Both the position numbers and the translations under genes were made by a program. A stretch of 64,000 nucleotides of DNA from Octopus vulgaris (taxonomy: Eukaryota). The stretch covers positions 100,130,001-100,194,000 of the forward strand of contig OX597822.1 of assembly GCA_951406725.2 (NCBI GenBank). The letters are read 5' to 3'. Positions 50,064 to 63,273 of the stretch are shown here, one piece after another. How positions within the stretch are numbered: the first letter of the stretch is position 1; each line of letters begins with the position of its first letter. The notes beneath the pieces are model-generated. The model did no database searches. It was not told the origin of the DNA and saw nothing but the letters and a program-made list of their open reading frames with translations.

Positions 50064-50267
50064 GGCTTCAAATTTTGGAACAGGGCCAGTATTGATTACA
50101 TTGACCCTACCTCCCCAGTGCTCGACTGGTACTTATTTTATCGACCCCAAAAGGATAAAAGGCAAAGTTGACCTTGATAGAATTTGAACTCAGAACAGAA
50201 AGATGAACAAAATGCTGCTAAGCACTTCAGCCTGCATGCTAACAATTCTGCCAGCTCACCACCTTAT
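50064..50267 (-). mobile_element. SINE family B
   Basis: 17-bp TSD ATTGCTACAATAATATT at 50047-50063 and 50268-50284. Confidence 0.8.
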
Positions 50268-50447
50268 ATTGCTACAATAATATTAATAGACGAGTGTTAC
50301 CCATTATATAGGTAACTTTGGAAAGTATGCTTTTGTCACCATGGGTAATATCAGGAAATATGACATACATGCATACAATAATTATAATTTTATCAAATTA
50401 CCCATGGTAAATGTATAGTATCAAAGTTATCAGGTAATACTCTAAGT

Positions 50448-52805
50448 CAGTGGTTCTCAACCAAGGGTGAATCGCCCCTTTGAGGCCAAAAATCAAATTT
50501 TGGGAAGCAATGAATGCAGTCTTTAGTCGGTGACTGTACTCACAACAGGCAATGATGCATCCAGTACATCATGACAACAAGGACTCTTCTCAATAACTGC
50601 GGTCAAGCTGTAAAGCCAATGCTTTTTCTTAATTCAAATACAGTAACTATGCACCTCAGTAAGTGCGTTATCTTCCAGGATTTAGTGCAACCCAAATGAC
50701 CCATTTATCACTGAATTTCTTACCCTTGTTGCTATGACACTGGCAGCTGGGCTGCATGATTTATTGAATACACGGCACTTGCCTGAATTTGACGTTCCTT
50801 TTAACTGTCGGACACAGTTGTAATAGTCAGTTTAGTGTTTACTAATTTGCATTCATTCTCACCCACTTTTTATGGAACTATATTGATGAGTACTTACAAT
50901 GTGGTTTCATCAAGAACTCTACAGACCCAAAGCTACCCTTTTGTTTCATGTGTCATAAACCTTTGTCCAACAAAGCCCTCTTGACTCTCTGACCACATGA
51001 GAAGAAAACACCCCCCAAAAAGTCAGTAAGACTATCAAATATTATAAAAATCAGAGTACTGTTGAATCATTATTGAAGAAACATACAAAATTTAATGATG
51101 GTGGACTGATTGCTTCCTACAAAATTGCAGAAATTATTGCAAAAACAGGTAGTTCACATATGGTAGCTGAAAAGATTATTGTGCCTGTAGTAGAAGCAGT
51201 AATATCAGAAGTTATGAATCAAAATCCTTCATCTCTCATTAAAGCTCTACCTTTGAGTAATGCTTCTAAACGTAGGAGAATTGAGGAATTGTCAGGTCAT
51301 ATCGAAGATGTACTAATTCAAAGATTGAAAACAATTCATTTTTCTATTCAAATTGATGAAAGCACAGTTATTGACAATAAGGTGCTTTTAATGGGACATA
51401 TATGATATTTTGATAGAAACTGTGCATTACAAGAAAATTTATGATTTGTAAAACTGTTGGAGACTGACACAATGGGCGCTTCTTTATTTTCTACAGTGAA
51501 AATGTTTTTTTTTTTGAAGAAAAAAAAAATTCCATATGAAAATTTAGTTTCAGGTGCTGCTAATGGTGCAATGTCTATGGTTGGGAGACACAACGGATTT
51601 ATCTTGCATTTAAAAAAGTTGTGCTCCCAAATTCTAGTTATACACCATGTGCTACACAGGCATAACCTCGTGGCCAAAAATATAAGCCCTATTCTAAATC
51701 AGTCATTGAACACAGTTATAAAAACAATGAACAAAATTAAATCTAACAGTAAATGTGACCGTCTTTTTCAAAAATTTTGTGTCGATGCTTATGAACAATA
51801 TATGACTTCTTTTGCATACCGATGTTCGTTGGCTATCCAAAAGCAACTGCTTGGAAAGATTTGTAAGTTTATTTAATACAATAGTTGTATTCTTTACAAA
51901 CAGAAGGACGCTCAGACTTAGCCACTGAAAATCAAGCTCGAAAGAACATACAATATCTTAGTTGGATTTTCCATAAGCTGAACGCAGTCTCTCTTCTGCT
52001 TCAGAGAAAAATGATAACGCTGATAGAATGTAAATGGGTGATGAGAGTTTTTGTTGAAAAACTCAATCTTTTTCAATTTAATTTAAAACTAAGTTTCCTA
52101 TGTCCAAACTAGCAGAAATCGACTTATTTGAAAATGACATTGATATTTATTGTAACCATCTGTCTGCCTTGAAAAATGATTTAGAAACCAGATTTGCCAA
52201 TTTATTTAACTTCACTATTCGGCCCTGGATGACTGACCCATTCAATTGCGTCCTCACAGTGCACATGAAAATATCTGGGAGAAAGTCGTCAAGATAAAAT
52301 GTAATGATGAACTTCAAAATTAAGTTCAAAACAAAAATTTTTCTAAATTTTGGCCACCAGACACTATAAAATCTCTTTATCCAAATTTGTGGTCACAAAT
52401 ATCAAAAATCCTTTTATGTTTCCTGACATCATATCTTGTCGAAACTGGATTTAATACGGCCAATCACATTTTGCCAACGGAAAGAAACAGATTTGACATT
52501 ATTTCATGTGGAGATATTCGTATCTGTTTGAGTAGCATTAAGACTGACATTGAATTTTTCATGGAACCTCACCAATCTCAGAGCTCACACTAGTTAGTAC
52601 TTTTCTACATTTAAATTTAGGATAAAGTTTTATTTTAATTCGGTTTTCTTTTGCATTTACATGGACAAAATTTTTTTAGAGTTGATTAATCGAAATTACA
52701 TTATATTTAATATTCGTATTCATTTTTTGGTGGGCAATTATCAATTAGCTCATGTCAAAAATAGCTTTTAGGGGGTGATGGCCAGGAAAAGGTTGAGAAC
52801 CACTG
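50448..52805 (+). mobile_element. Decayed full-length hAT (Buster/Charlie, ZBED5/SCAND3-like) transposon
   Basis: 15-bp perfect TIRs CAGTGGTTCTCAACC. 8-bp TSD CTCTAAGT / CTCAAGGT. Transposase remnants FSIQIDEST, GAMSMVGRHNG, HHVLHRHNL, FLTSYLVETGF spread over frameshifted ORFs. Confidence 0.9.
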
Positions 52806-53659
52806 CTCAAGGTATTGTCATTATATAACAAGTAACACTATAGTCACTAACATCATCATATGATGTATAAAACTAGCGTCTTCATTTTTTTCCCCAAGAA
52901 AGCACAAATTAGCCATGGCATTGTAATAATATCAATATCATCGCATGATACCAAAGTTGTCAAGGTGGGAAAATAGTAGATTAAATCCAGCTATTTTTAC
53001 TTACTTTGATTCTGGAGGGATACCAACCTGGTGGAATTTGACTTCAGTAGTTTAAAACATTCTGTCCACTAATGTATCTCTTTTGTCTCTCTGCTGCCCA
53101 CTTTTCTTTTCTTTTCTTTTTTAAAGTTTGACACAATACTGACAAAGTCCTACATTTGCAGGGTAAAGGCTGTGACCTCCATTTTTTTTATTTCAAGGAC
53201 ATTGAACCAGTTTCAAAACCGGTTTGTAGACCCAGCTTAGCAAGAGTCTTAAATAATTGCTTCAAATTTTGGCACAAAGTCAGGGAGAGTCTTTAATAAT
53301 AAAAGATAATTGACAAAGTCCACATCCAGTCATTTATATTGTACCTGAGAATAAATATATGACATGGTTTTATTTTCCCTAAACTACCCACAGGATCAAC
53401 ACAAGCCAACAATCAATCCTATACGTGGCCAATTGATTTGCAGCAATCATCATCATCATCATTTTAATGTCTACTTTCCCATGCTTTCATGGATCAGATG
53501 TAGTTTACTGAGGCAAATTTTCTACAGATCAGATGCCGTTTGTGTTGCCAACCTTCACTTGTTTCCAAGCATGGTAATATTTCTCCATAGCCAGACATGC
53601 ATTCACAGAATATTGGAAATGAATGACATACGATGTCAAGACAAGGAGACACATACATA

Positions 53660-54049
53660 TTCTTTTATTTGTTTCAATCATTTGACTACGGCCTTGCTGG
53701 AGCACTGCCTTAAAGGATTTTTTTTAGTCAAAGAAATTGACCCCAGGACTTATTCTTTGTAAGCCAAATACTTATTCTATCAGTTTCTTTTGCTGAACCA
53801 CTAAGTTACAGGGATGTAAACATACCGAAATTGGTTGTTAAGCAATGGTGGGAGGACAAACACAAAGACACACTCACACATCTATACACACACACACAAC
53901 GGGCTTCTTTCGATTTCCGTCTACCAAATCCACTCACAAGCCTTTGGTTGGCCTGAGGCTATAGTAGAAGACACTTGCCCAAGGTGCCATGCAGTGGGTC
54001 TGAACCCAGAATCATATGGTTGGGAAGCAAGCTTCTTACCACACAGCCA
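53660..54049 (-). mobile_element. SINE family A, older copy, adjoining a family G fragment
   Basis: Tail TTTCAATCATTTGACTACGGCC, head ...CTTCTTACCACACAGCCAC. Confidence 0.7.
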
Positions 54050-56520
54050 CAGTATATATAATTATCATTTAATATCTGTTTTTCATACTGGCATGAGTTG
54101 GACAGTAGTTGGTGAGCCAGAGGACTGTGCTATGCACATACATATACATACAAACATACACTTCTTTCACTTTCTGTCTACCAAATCCATTTACAAGGCT
54201 TTGGTCAATACAGGGCTACAGTGGAAAACACATTACCAAGGTGCCATGCAGTGGAACTGAACCTGAAACCATGTAGCTGGAGAATAAATTTCTCAACCAC
54301 ATAACCACACCTGTGCCTATATTCAACAAACAGCAACCAAATCACTTTTAAATCAATCTCACTGCACCTCACCCTCAAATATGATAAAAAAAAGAACATG
54401 AATTGGATAATATAGTTCTAAGTATTCTGTGTCTGGGAAAAATCGATTGGATGATCCTGGTCTTAATACTTTTTAATATGAGTCTGTTCAGCCAGGACTG
54501 GCAGGGACTAAATAATGCAGGCAGGTTGAATGAATTATGAGACCACCCTATTAAAGTTTGTTATCTTATGTTTTGCCATCAAAACAATATTAAGTATGTG
54601 TGATTGGAAAGTTTATTTCCAATCTTTATTGTTTTGGGGTTCAGTCCCACTGCATGACACCTTGGACAGGCCTATGTGTTTGTATATGTGTGTATGTGTG
54701 TCCTAGTTTTAAATGAGTGTCACTATCATACAAGTGGCATCCTTCATTTCCAATCTTCTGCAAAAACATGTCCAGTCATAAAGAAATATAAGTTTACTTA
54801 GAAACAGATGCAAGTGGTTAGAGGTAGTGCATCGGGCTGTAGAAAATCAACCTCAATGAATTACATCTGACCCTATGCAATCTTAGAAAAGTGGGTGTTA
54901 TAATGATGATATGTATATTCACTAAGGCAGAATCATTAGCGCATCAGACAAAATGCTTAGCGGCATTTCTTTTGGCTTTTTATGTTACAAATTTAAATTT
55001 CAGTGAGGTCAACTTTGCCCTTCATCATTTCAGGGTTGGTAAAATATTTACTAGTTGAACACTGGGGTTGATATAAATGATTAGACCCTTCTGCAAAATT
55101 ACAGGCCTTGGGTGTGTGGTACACACACACACACACACTGTTAAAGCATGTATGCTGAATAATATTTAGAACCAGAAAGAGGATTTTCAATAGAAAATCA
55201 AATTTGTCAAAAAAAAGTTAACTTTATTAAAATACATGTAAAGAAATTAACTCCAATCAACAGAAAAGTTATTTTTAATAAATCATCATCATCATCATCA
55301 TCATTTAGCGTCCGCTGACAAATCATCATCATCTTCATCATCAATTTAATGTCCACTGTTCCGTGTTGTTATGGATCAGACGGGATTTGCTGAGGCGGAT
55401 TTTCTACAGTCAGATATCCTTTCTGTTACCAACCCTCATTTCCAAGCAAGGTAATATTTCCCCATGGTCAGACATGTTTTTCATGGAAAACCAGAAACAT
55501 ACCAACCAACATCATATGATGTCAAAACAAGGGTATACAAGCACACACGCATACATATGATGGGCTTCTTTCAGTTTCTGTCTACTAAATCCAATCACAA
55601 GGCTTTGATTAACCTGGGGCTGTAGAAGAAAATACTTGGCAAAGGTGCTGTGCTGTGAAACTGAGCCTGAGACCACATGGCTGAGAAACAAACTTCCTAA
55701 CCACACAGCAACAAATCTATATATATTTGAACATAAAATTGCCAAGGAATAAAGGAAAAAAAAATAAACTTAATAGGCAAAGGTAAATTCTGCTGAACAA
55801 GTCACTTCTCTGTACTGTTTTCAATTAGATCCATTTTAAAAGACTAGAAAAAATACTAACCAGATGATGGTGAATCTTCTAGTTCTTAAAATGGACAAAC
55901 TCAATGGAGACTGTAGCAAATAGCTTAATGTGTTCCAAAAACAAACTATGCAACATTATCATAAGGAAATATTTAGATGAGGAAGAAAGATCAATAGTTC
56001 TATATAATTCAGTGTAGACCATAACACTTAGTACCCTCGTGTTAAATGTCAGGAGTAACAGTAGTAGTAGTAACTTAAAGTGTTCAAGAGAATTTCAACA
56101 AAGTCTCTGATAAAAAAAAAAATAACATATTTAAGACCTTGGTTTGCTACAGCTTGAATACTAATTGAATAATGAAATTTGATGTGGAGACATGCCAAAT
56201 ATTCTATCACTAATAAAACATCGATGGTCTAGCGTCTGTGAATGACTATCTCTGACATTGTTCGATAAATTATAACATTGAGCACCACAGCAATGCAACA
56301 CCAGGAAAGTAACACTAAGAGAAGGGGTGAGTGCTTAAGAAAACAGTGACGCAAATATATTGTAAACACATGGATTGTCTGAAAGGGTAAGTTGTTCTTT
56401 GAAAATAAATATAGAACAGTGATTAGTATATTCCTGCTCAAATCCATCAGAACAGGTTGAGAATGAAGAGGTGCATCATTGTTTTGATTTTCACTGTTCC
56501 CTATGCATGTAATGATTTAC

Positions 56521-57389
56521 ATTGTTTATATTTGGAATTACATACATATGGGGGCACCAAAATCTTTTGAGTGCTTAGGGCCTCAATGGGTCATAATCAG
56601 GCCCTGATGAAGATGCTACTTTGAACATATTAGTGTTTAATATGAGGTTTTGCATCATAGAAACAGAGGTAGTGTTTAATGGGTTGTGGGTTTTGAAAGG
56701 GTGAACCAATAGAATAAGTGCTAGGCTTCCAAAGAATAAGTCCTGGGGTTGATTTGCTTGACTAAAGGCAGTGCTCCAGCATGGCCGCAATCAAATGACT
56801 GAAACAAGTAAAAGAACTTGGCTGATATCATTATGCATCAACAAATAATTTATTTGCTGATTTCTATAAACAAGAACCACAATCCCTGTTTAAATTCATT
56901 GATCTGGGGGTACCCTAGACAAGGGGATACAACAAGGTTAAAACACTAAGATGTCTCAAAGTCTCCTTTCCTCAATGAGTAAAGTGTCTTGTGAATGCAC
57001 ATTGTCAGAAAGGAGAAAAGTTCAAGTAGAATTATTACCGCATTGGGCGAAATGCTTGGTGGTATTTTGCCCATTTTTACCTTCTGTTGGAACGTATTAA
57101 GAATGAATATGAATGTCACTGTTAAAGAAACAAACATTTACAGAAATGTCCTAATCTATATAAAACTTTAAAATTTCTAAAATCAAATCAACACAGAAAG
57201 CCCGTCCATCCTTTCAATACCCACAACCCATCAAAGACTGCCTCTGGTTCTATGATGCAAAACCTTATATTAAACACTAATATGTTCAAAGTAGCATCTC
57301 CATCAGGGCCTGATTATGACCCATAGAGGCCCTAAGCACTCAAAAGATTTTGGTGCCCCCATATGTATGTAATTCAAAATATAAACAAT
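56521..57389. repeat. Inverted duplication, arms 56521-56706 and 57204-57389, about 500-bp spacer
   Basis: ATTGTTTATATTT.GAATTACATACATATGGGGGCACCAAAATCTTTTGAGTGCTTAGGGCCTC... is reverse-complemented in the right arm with scattered mismatches. Confidence 0.85.
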
Positions 57390-58313
57390 AATAAACCACA
57401 AAATATAGTGGGTGCTTTTTATGTGCCACCGGCACAGGTGCCAGACGAGGCTGGCAAACGGCCACAATCAGATGGTGCTTTTTACGTGCCACCGGCACGG
57501 AAACCAGGCGAGGCTGGCAATGGCCACGATCGGTTGGTGCTTTTTATGTGCCACCGGCACGGAAGCCTGTCAAGGCGGCGCTATTGTACAAATATACATT
57601 TTGCTTGAGGATGTTTGTTGTAAAATCTAACAATGTCCTATCTTACTAGCACTGGATTTGAGAAATTGACACCATATCAGTGAATGGCAAAAAAATGCAA
57701 GGGAATACAGAGAATGCCTGAACATGTGCAACCAAGGTTTAATAATCATATGTAACAAAAAGGCTAAATTAAAATCAAAGGTAGTTTGAGGCAAGTTGGT
57801 TTCAAAAGGGCAAGCTGGACATGTAAACAAAAACACTGTATCAATTGGTTTATTGATGAAGTCCATGCAAAAAGAATTAATTTCACCATTTCCTGTTTCT
57901 CTGTCATTTGATTGGCCAGTTATCGAACCAATGAAATACAGTTTACAAATAAAACTCAAAAGAAAAAAAATATATATATATACAACCAGAATTAACACTA
58001 AGTACTTGGCGCCAATAAAATTTCATATGCCAAAGCGAGAATCATCATTAACTTGGAAGTATTAGAAGGCCAATCTTGAATGAAGTTAGTTTTTAATTAT
58101 TCATTAAAATATATTTCCGTTTAATGTCAAAAGCATTGTTATTGTTCCTGTTCAGCTGTATTTTTTTTAAAATGGCATTCCCTAAATGGTAATACACTGA
58201 AACTATATTTTCTTCCAATAAATCATATTCCTAACTGGGGCAAGCACCATAGAGATTCAAATGTACGATATGAATTCATTCTGTCAGAACCAAATTCACA
58301 CTGCCTCATGCTA

Positions 58314-58715
58314 TCTCTTTCTCTTTCTCTTTTACTTGTTTCAGTCATTTGACTGCGGCCATGCTGGAGCACCGCCTTCAGTCGAGCAAATCGACCCCGG
58401 GACTTATTCTTTGTAAGCCCAGTACTTATTCTATCGAACCGCTAAGTAACGGGGACGTAAACACACCAGCATCGGTTGTCAAGCAATGCTAGGGGGACAA
58501 ACACACACACACACACAAACACACATACATACACATATATACATATATATACATATATACGACAGGCTTCTTTCAGTTTCCGTCTATCAAATCCACTCAC
58601 AAGGCATTGGTCGGCTATAGCAGAAGACACTTGCCCAAGATGCCATGCAGTGGGACTGAACCCAGAACCATGTGGTTGGTTAGCAAGCTACTTACCACAC
58701 AGCCACTCCTGCGCC
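58314..58715 (-). mobile_element. SINE family A
   Basis: Near-identical to 30267-30693. Confidence 0.85.
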
Positions 58716-58867
58716 TATCACTTTATGTTCTTCATGAAGCTTAAATAAAATTCCATTTATACGTATCATTTGATTCTTTTTCTGATGTTTGTTTTCAAGG
58801 AAGTTGAATCATGTTTGAATTATATAATGTTCTGCTTTGGTATACTAAACTTTCCCAATTCCTATTT

Positions 58868-59013
58868 TCATCATCATCATCACCACCCTCATCAACATCA
58901 TCACCATTGTCACCACCATCACCACCACCGCCGCCGCCACCACCGTTTCCACCACTACCACCACCACCATCATCATCACCATCCTCCTCCTCCTCCTCCT
59001 CATCATCATCATC

Positions 59014-59045
<32 letters not shown>

Positions 59046-59175
59046 CATCACCCTCATCACCATCATCACCATCGTCACCACCACCACCACCGTCGCCGCC
59101 GCCGCCGTCACCACCACCACCACCACCACCGTCGCCGCCGCCACCGTCACAACCACCACCACCACCATCATCATA
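58868..59175. repeat. Mosaic trinucleotide microsatellite (CAT/CAC/CCT/CGC/CGT)n
   Basis: About 100 triplets, nearly all starting with C in one frame. Confidence 0.9.
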
Positions 59176-59454
59176 ATAGTGAGTTGCCAACAAGAATGAA
59201 AATAAAATTTTCACATTGCCAGAAGATCTCGGGGGACAAAAGATCTGATGTTGAATATGTTCAGCATTGACTCAGTGATGCCAAATAGGTGGGGCCTAAC
59301 TGGCTATCTCATTGTATTTCAGACCCTTGAAAAATAGAAAAAGCAAAACATACGAATCTGCACATATACATACCTATGTACATACAAACAAAAATACTCT
59401 GTTGATGTTGTTGAAACTCCAAGGAAGGAGTGTTGGATCTAGGTTAGAAACTGG

Positions 59455-60287
59455 GGATCTTTTCCTTTTGAACGGCCTATGTCAACACAATTTCTAGTTA
59501 ACTAAACACTTTTAAACTTCGTATACTGGTAGAATGTGTTTATAAAACATCTTTTTCTCTTGGCTTTATTGAGAAAATTCTATAGTTTGTAAGATATTTC
59601 CACTTTAAAATCGAGCATTTCGGCAATTTTAACCAATCGCTGACCTCCATTTAGGTAAGCAACATTCCGTGCCATATGAATATGTCCCTCCTTTAAGAAA
59701 CAGATTGGGTTTATTTACATATCTGAAGAAAAAAAGATACCCTTCCCCCACCCCTAACCCTAACCCCAACTTTAACTAACCCTAACCCTAAAACAGATTG
59801 AAATGCAATAGATCGATACTAGGGTTATAATTATGGGTGACAATTTCATACGACACCGCTACGGAAAATGGGATTTTTTTCTAGCAGTGTCAAATGAAAA
59901 TGTCACCCATAATTATAACCCTAGTATCGATCTATTGCATTTCAATCTGTTTTAGGGTTAGGGTTAGTTAAAGTTGGGGTTAGGGTTAGGGTGGGGGAAG
60001 GGTATCTTTTTTTCTTCAGAAATGTAAATAAACCCAATCTGTTTCTTAAAGGAGGGACATATTCATACAGCACAGAATGTTGTTTACCTAAATGGAGGTC
60101 AGCGATTGGTTAAAATTGCCAAAATGCTCGATTTTAAAGTGGAAATATCTTACAAATTATAGAATTTTCTCAATAAAGCCAAGAAAAAACGATGTTTTAT
60201 AAACACATTCTACCAGTATACGAAGTTTAAAAGTGTTTAGTTAACTAGAAATTGTGTTGAAAACTGCCGTTCAAAAGGAAAAGATCC
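59455..60287. mobile_element. 833-bp foldback (almost fully palindromic) DNA element with internal TTAGGG/CCCTAA tracts
   Basis: Termini GGATCTTTTCCTTTTGAACGG...CCGTTCAAAAGGAAAAGATCC, centre near 59871. 8-bp TSD GAAACTGG / GAAACAGG. Confidence 0.9.
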
Positions 60288-60611
60288 GAAACAGGCTCTT
60301 TTTCTATTGGCAAGAAATCTTGAAATAAAACTTAATAATTACACACACACACACACACGTTGAACTCTCCTCTCAGTTTCAACAACGTATTTAGTTTATT
60401 TCCGTTTATTCAGCTTCTATAATTAAGTCAGGTATAACATTTTAGTCCCCGCCAAGGATTTGCAAACCAGTGGTCCATAGATCGCGAAAGTATAAGGATT
60501 ACGGGACAGTGTTGCTTCTATGTTTGGTAATGCTATTGTCCTTCTTCTTAATTCTCGTAGCCGATGGATAAAGTCGGATTTGAAGTTCCTGTTCCCATCT
60601 TGTTATATATA

Positions 60612-60987
60612 TCTTTATATATAAAAGTGAAGTTGTGTGCCTGTCTCCTACGATTTAGATTCCTAACTACTCCCACATTTTGCGGTGCAGTTTAACCAAA
60701 ACCGGTTATCTTATAGTCGTGATTCATATCGAGCCCTTCTGGGTATTAGCGCGCGTCTACGATGAGACTACGATTAAATAAAAAAAAATTACCATAATTT
60801 TTTCCATTTTAATGCATTTTTTCTCTATTGTATAAGGGAAGTAACTCAACGATTTAAAAAAAAATTTACCATAATTTTTTTTCCATTTTTAATGCATTTT
60901 TTTGCTATCTTTTGGCTATAACTCTCTAAAAATGCTTATATAGTTATTTCCCTTACAAACCCGAGCAACGCCGGGCGATACTGCTAG
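60612..60987 (+). mobile_element. Non-autonomous Helitron
   Basis: A|TCTTTATATATAAAAGTGAAG...CCCGAGCAACGCCGGG hairpin...CTGCTAG. Confidence 0.8.
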
Positions 60988-61054
60988 CATATATATATAT
61001 ATATGTATGAATGTATGTATGTGTGTGTGCTTATGGCCGATTACTTATTCAATA

Positions 61055-61480
61055 TTCAAACGGAAGCGTCGCTGACGTCATCAAAAGGTTACAAAAGTGT
61101 CTACAGAACGCCAATATTTTTCGTATTAAAATTTTATGTTGATATCATTAGATTTTTGGCGCCGTATGCAGTCTTCTATAGAGCATTGTCAGGATTTTTG
61201 AAGTATGTTAACAAGGTAAGATAACACACTTCTGATTCTATTTAGACGTACAAAATAATGTAGAAGGTCAAACGGTTTAAATCACTGGTCTCGGTTAAAT
61301 TTCTCTTCCCATCAAGTGTTTCCAACGTAGCTATGAACTAGGATCTATAGACATTTGAAAAGTGAAAGTAATCATTGATATTTCGTATATTCGTTATAGT
61401 ATATACTTTTTCTTGCTTTCACTTTGACGGTAGATCTTTGATAACATCTGGCTGTGAAGTCATTAAAAATGGCCGCCGCA
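61055..61480 (+). promoter_or_regulatory. Promoter-like region of a downstream gene
   Basis: Locally CpG-richer, non-repeat. ETS-like CGGAAG (61061), perfect CRE TGACGTCA (61073-61080), strong donor AAG|GTAAGA (61216), YY1-like AAAATGGCCGCC (61466-61477). Confidence 0.45.
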
Positions 61481-61847
61481 GTTAGCAATCTACTAAAACC
61501 GATGCCTCTATCCATATTTCTAATGACTTTCTAAACCAAATGTCTGTGAAGAAAAACTGTAAAGATCCAAATATCTTAATCCAAGTATTCATTGCATCGA
61601 TTTTAGTCCAAAGTTCTGTTATTATCCGAGAGACGTCCAGATAATGGCAATTATCAGTTTAACTCTCTGGAATCTACACGAATGCTCGCTTATGTGAAAA
61701 ATACCGCAACGATATTCCTTTTCTGACAGTTACCATCAGCAATAAACAGCTTTGGATTAAAAATCTTAATCCACACGCAGAACATAATTTCACATTGTGC
61801 TACCGCAATATTTCATTTAATCACTTCAGAAAGAATATACAACGATA

Positions 61848-61929
61848 ATGGCTAGATCCAAATTGAACTTGGTTCACTTAATGAATGGCGTAATATTATT
61901 ATACTTAATTTACGTTCAATCAGGCTATG
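61848..61929 (+). CDS. Candidate first coding exon of an unidentified secreted or membrane protein, MARSKLNLVHLMNGVILLYLIYVQSGY(G)
   Basis: ATAATGG start context. Basic N-region, hydrophobic core and small-residue C-region. Phase-1 donor G|GTGAGT at 61930. Confidence 0.55.
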
Positions 61930-62306
61930 GTGAGTCATTCTTTTTATTGAAGAACAGTTACACATTTTATTCTTGTTATTTATATTTAGGATTAGGCTTC
62001 TGTCGAGTCCGGTCTGGGGTTTAATTTTGGTTCTTGTTTATTACCTTTTTCACTTTCGTGTTTATGGTCTTGAGCCTTGCTCGTTATTTCTTCTGTGGTG
62101 GCCAAGAACTCTTGTACAATGATAATTAGGAGGAAGCTAAGAAACCATTACGGATAATTACAAATAATTACTATAAAATGTTAATAAAGTTTTTTTCATA
62201 GTTTAATTAAATTAATTAGGTAAATTTTCGGATTAAACCCGTACGATTTTCACTAAGAAAAAAACAAACAAAACTCGATTTTTTGCGTGGAATCAAGTAC
62301 CCTGAC

Positions 62307-63273
62307 CTCCTAATATGCTGCAAATCCCTTATTTTGGTTAGGAAAAGGGCTGGAGGACGAATGCCCCTCCCCCGGATTCATTGGAATTTTTCTTTTTCGT
62401 TGAATAAATTCCTGTGACATCCTACTTATGCTACAAAACTCTTTTTGGGGTCCGAAAAACGGAGTGGGGTGAGGTGGAAGCCTCGGAAATTTCACCCACC
62501 CCTATTGATCTTTTCAGGGTTAGGGTGTTAGGACTCGTGTTTTAGGGTTAGGGAAATTCGGGCAAGACTTCTTTTGTACCAACCCGCCAAACACTCCTTT
62601 AAAAAATTTTTTTTTTTCTACACAAACCCTCGTTTTCGCCTACGGAGAATACGAATCTGCGAAAATCGGCATTTGGAAATTACCCATCCTCACCCGCCTA
62701 AATTCTTCATCTTTAACATTTTTCAGAATTTTTTTTTTTTTTTTTTTTTTTTCAAAATATACGGAAAAATACGGAGATTATGATTCTGAAATAAATTTCT
62801 AAAAATTTTTCTACTTAGGGTTAGGGTTTAGGGTTACGGAAAAAAGTGAAAAATGAAGACATTGGGAGAGGGTGTAAGTGGTGGTGGTGGTGGTGGGTAA
62901 CAAATTTCAAAATTCAAATTTTTGGCAATTTTCCTGAATCTCTGTATCCGAAAACATGGGTATTTGGCAAAAATTTTTTAAAAAAACAATAATTTGTGAG
63001 AAAATGGTGTGGGAGAGGAGGAAGTCTTTCTGAAATCTGTCCCAGAGTCATTGGAAATTTTTTTTCCTTAGTGAAAAGATCAATGGGGGTAGGTGAAATT
63101 TCCAAGGCTTCCACCTCACCCCACTCCATTTTTCGGACCCCAAAAAGGGTGTGTAGTATATTAAGATGCCATAGGAATTCATTTAACGAAAAAGAAAAAA
63201 ATTCCAATTTCTGGGAGGGGGAGACTCCCCAAATTTTCCGAACCAAAATAAGTGATCTGCAGCATATTAGGAG
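62307..63273. mobile_element. About 970-bp long-TIR/foldback element with TTAGGG tracts
   Basis: Arms of about 210 bp: CTCCTAATATGCTGCA...GGGGTCCGAAAAA.GGAGTGGGGTGAGGTGGAAGCC, mirrored at 63072-63273. TTAGGG runs near 62517-62552 and 62815-62835. Confidence 0.8.

Noticed and set aside
58770-59270. Poly-His, poly-Pro/Ser and Gly/Asp ORFs in four frames
   Set aside because: By-product of a stop-free trinucleotide microsatellite. No convincing splice sites or unique coding flanks.
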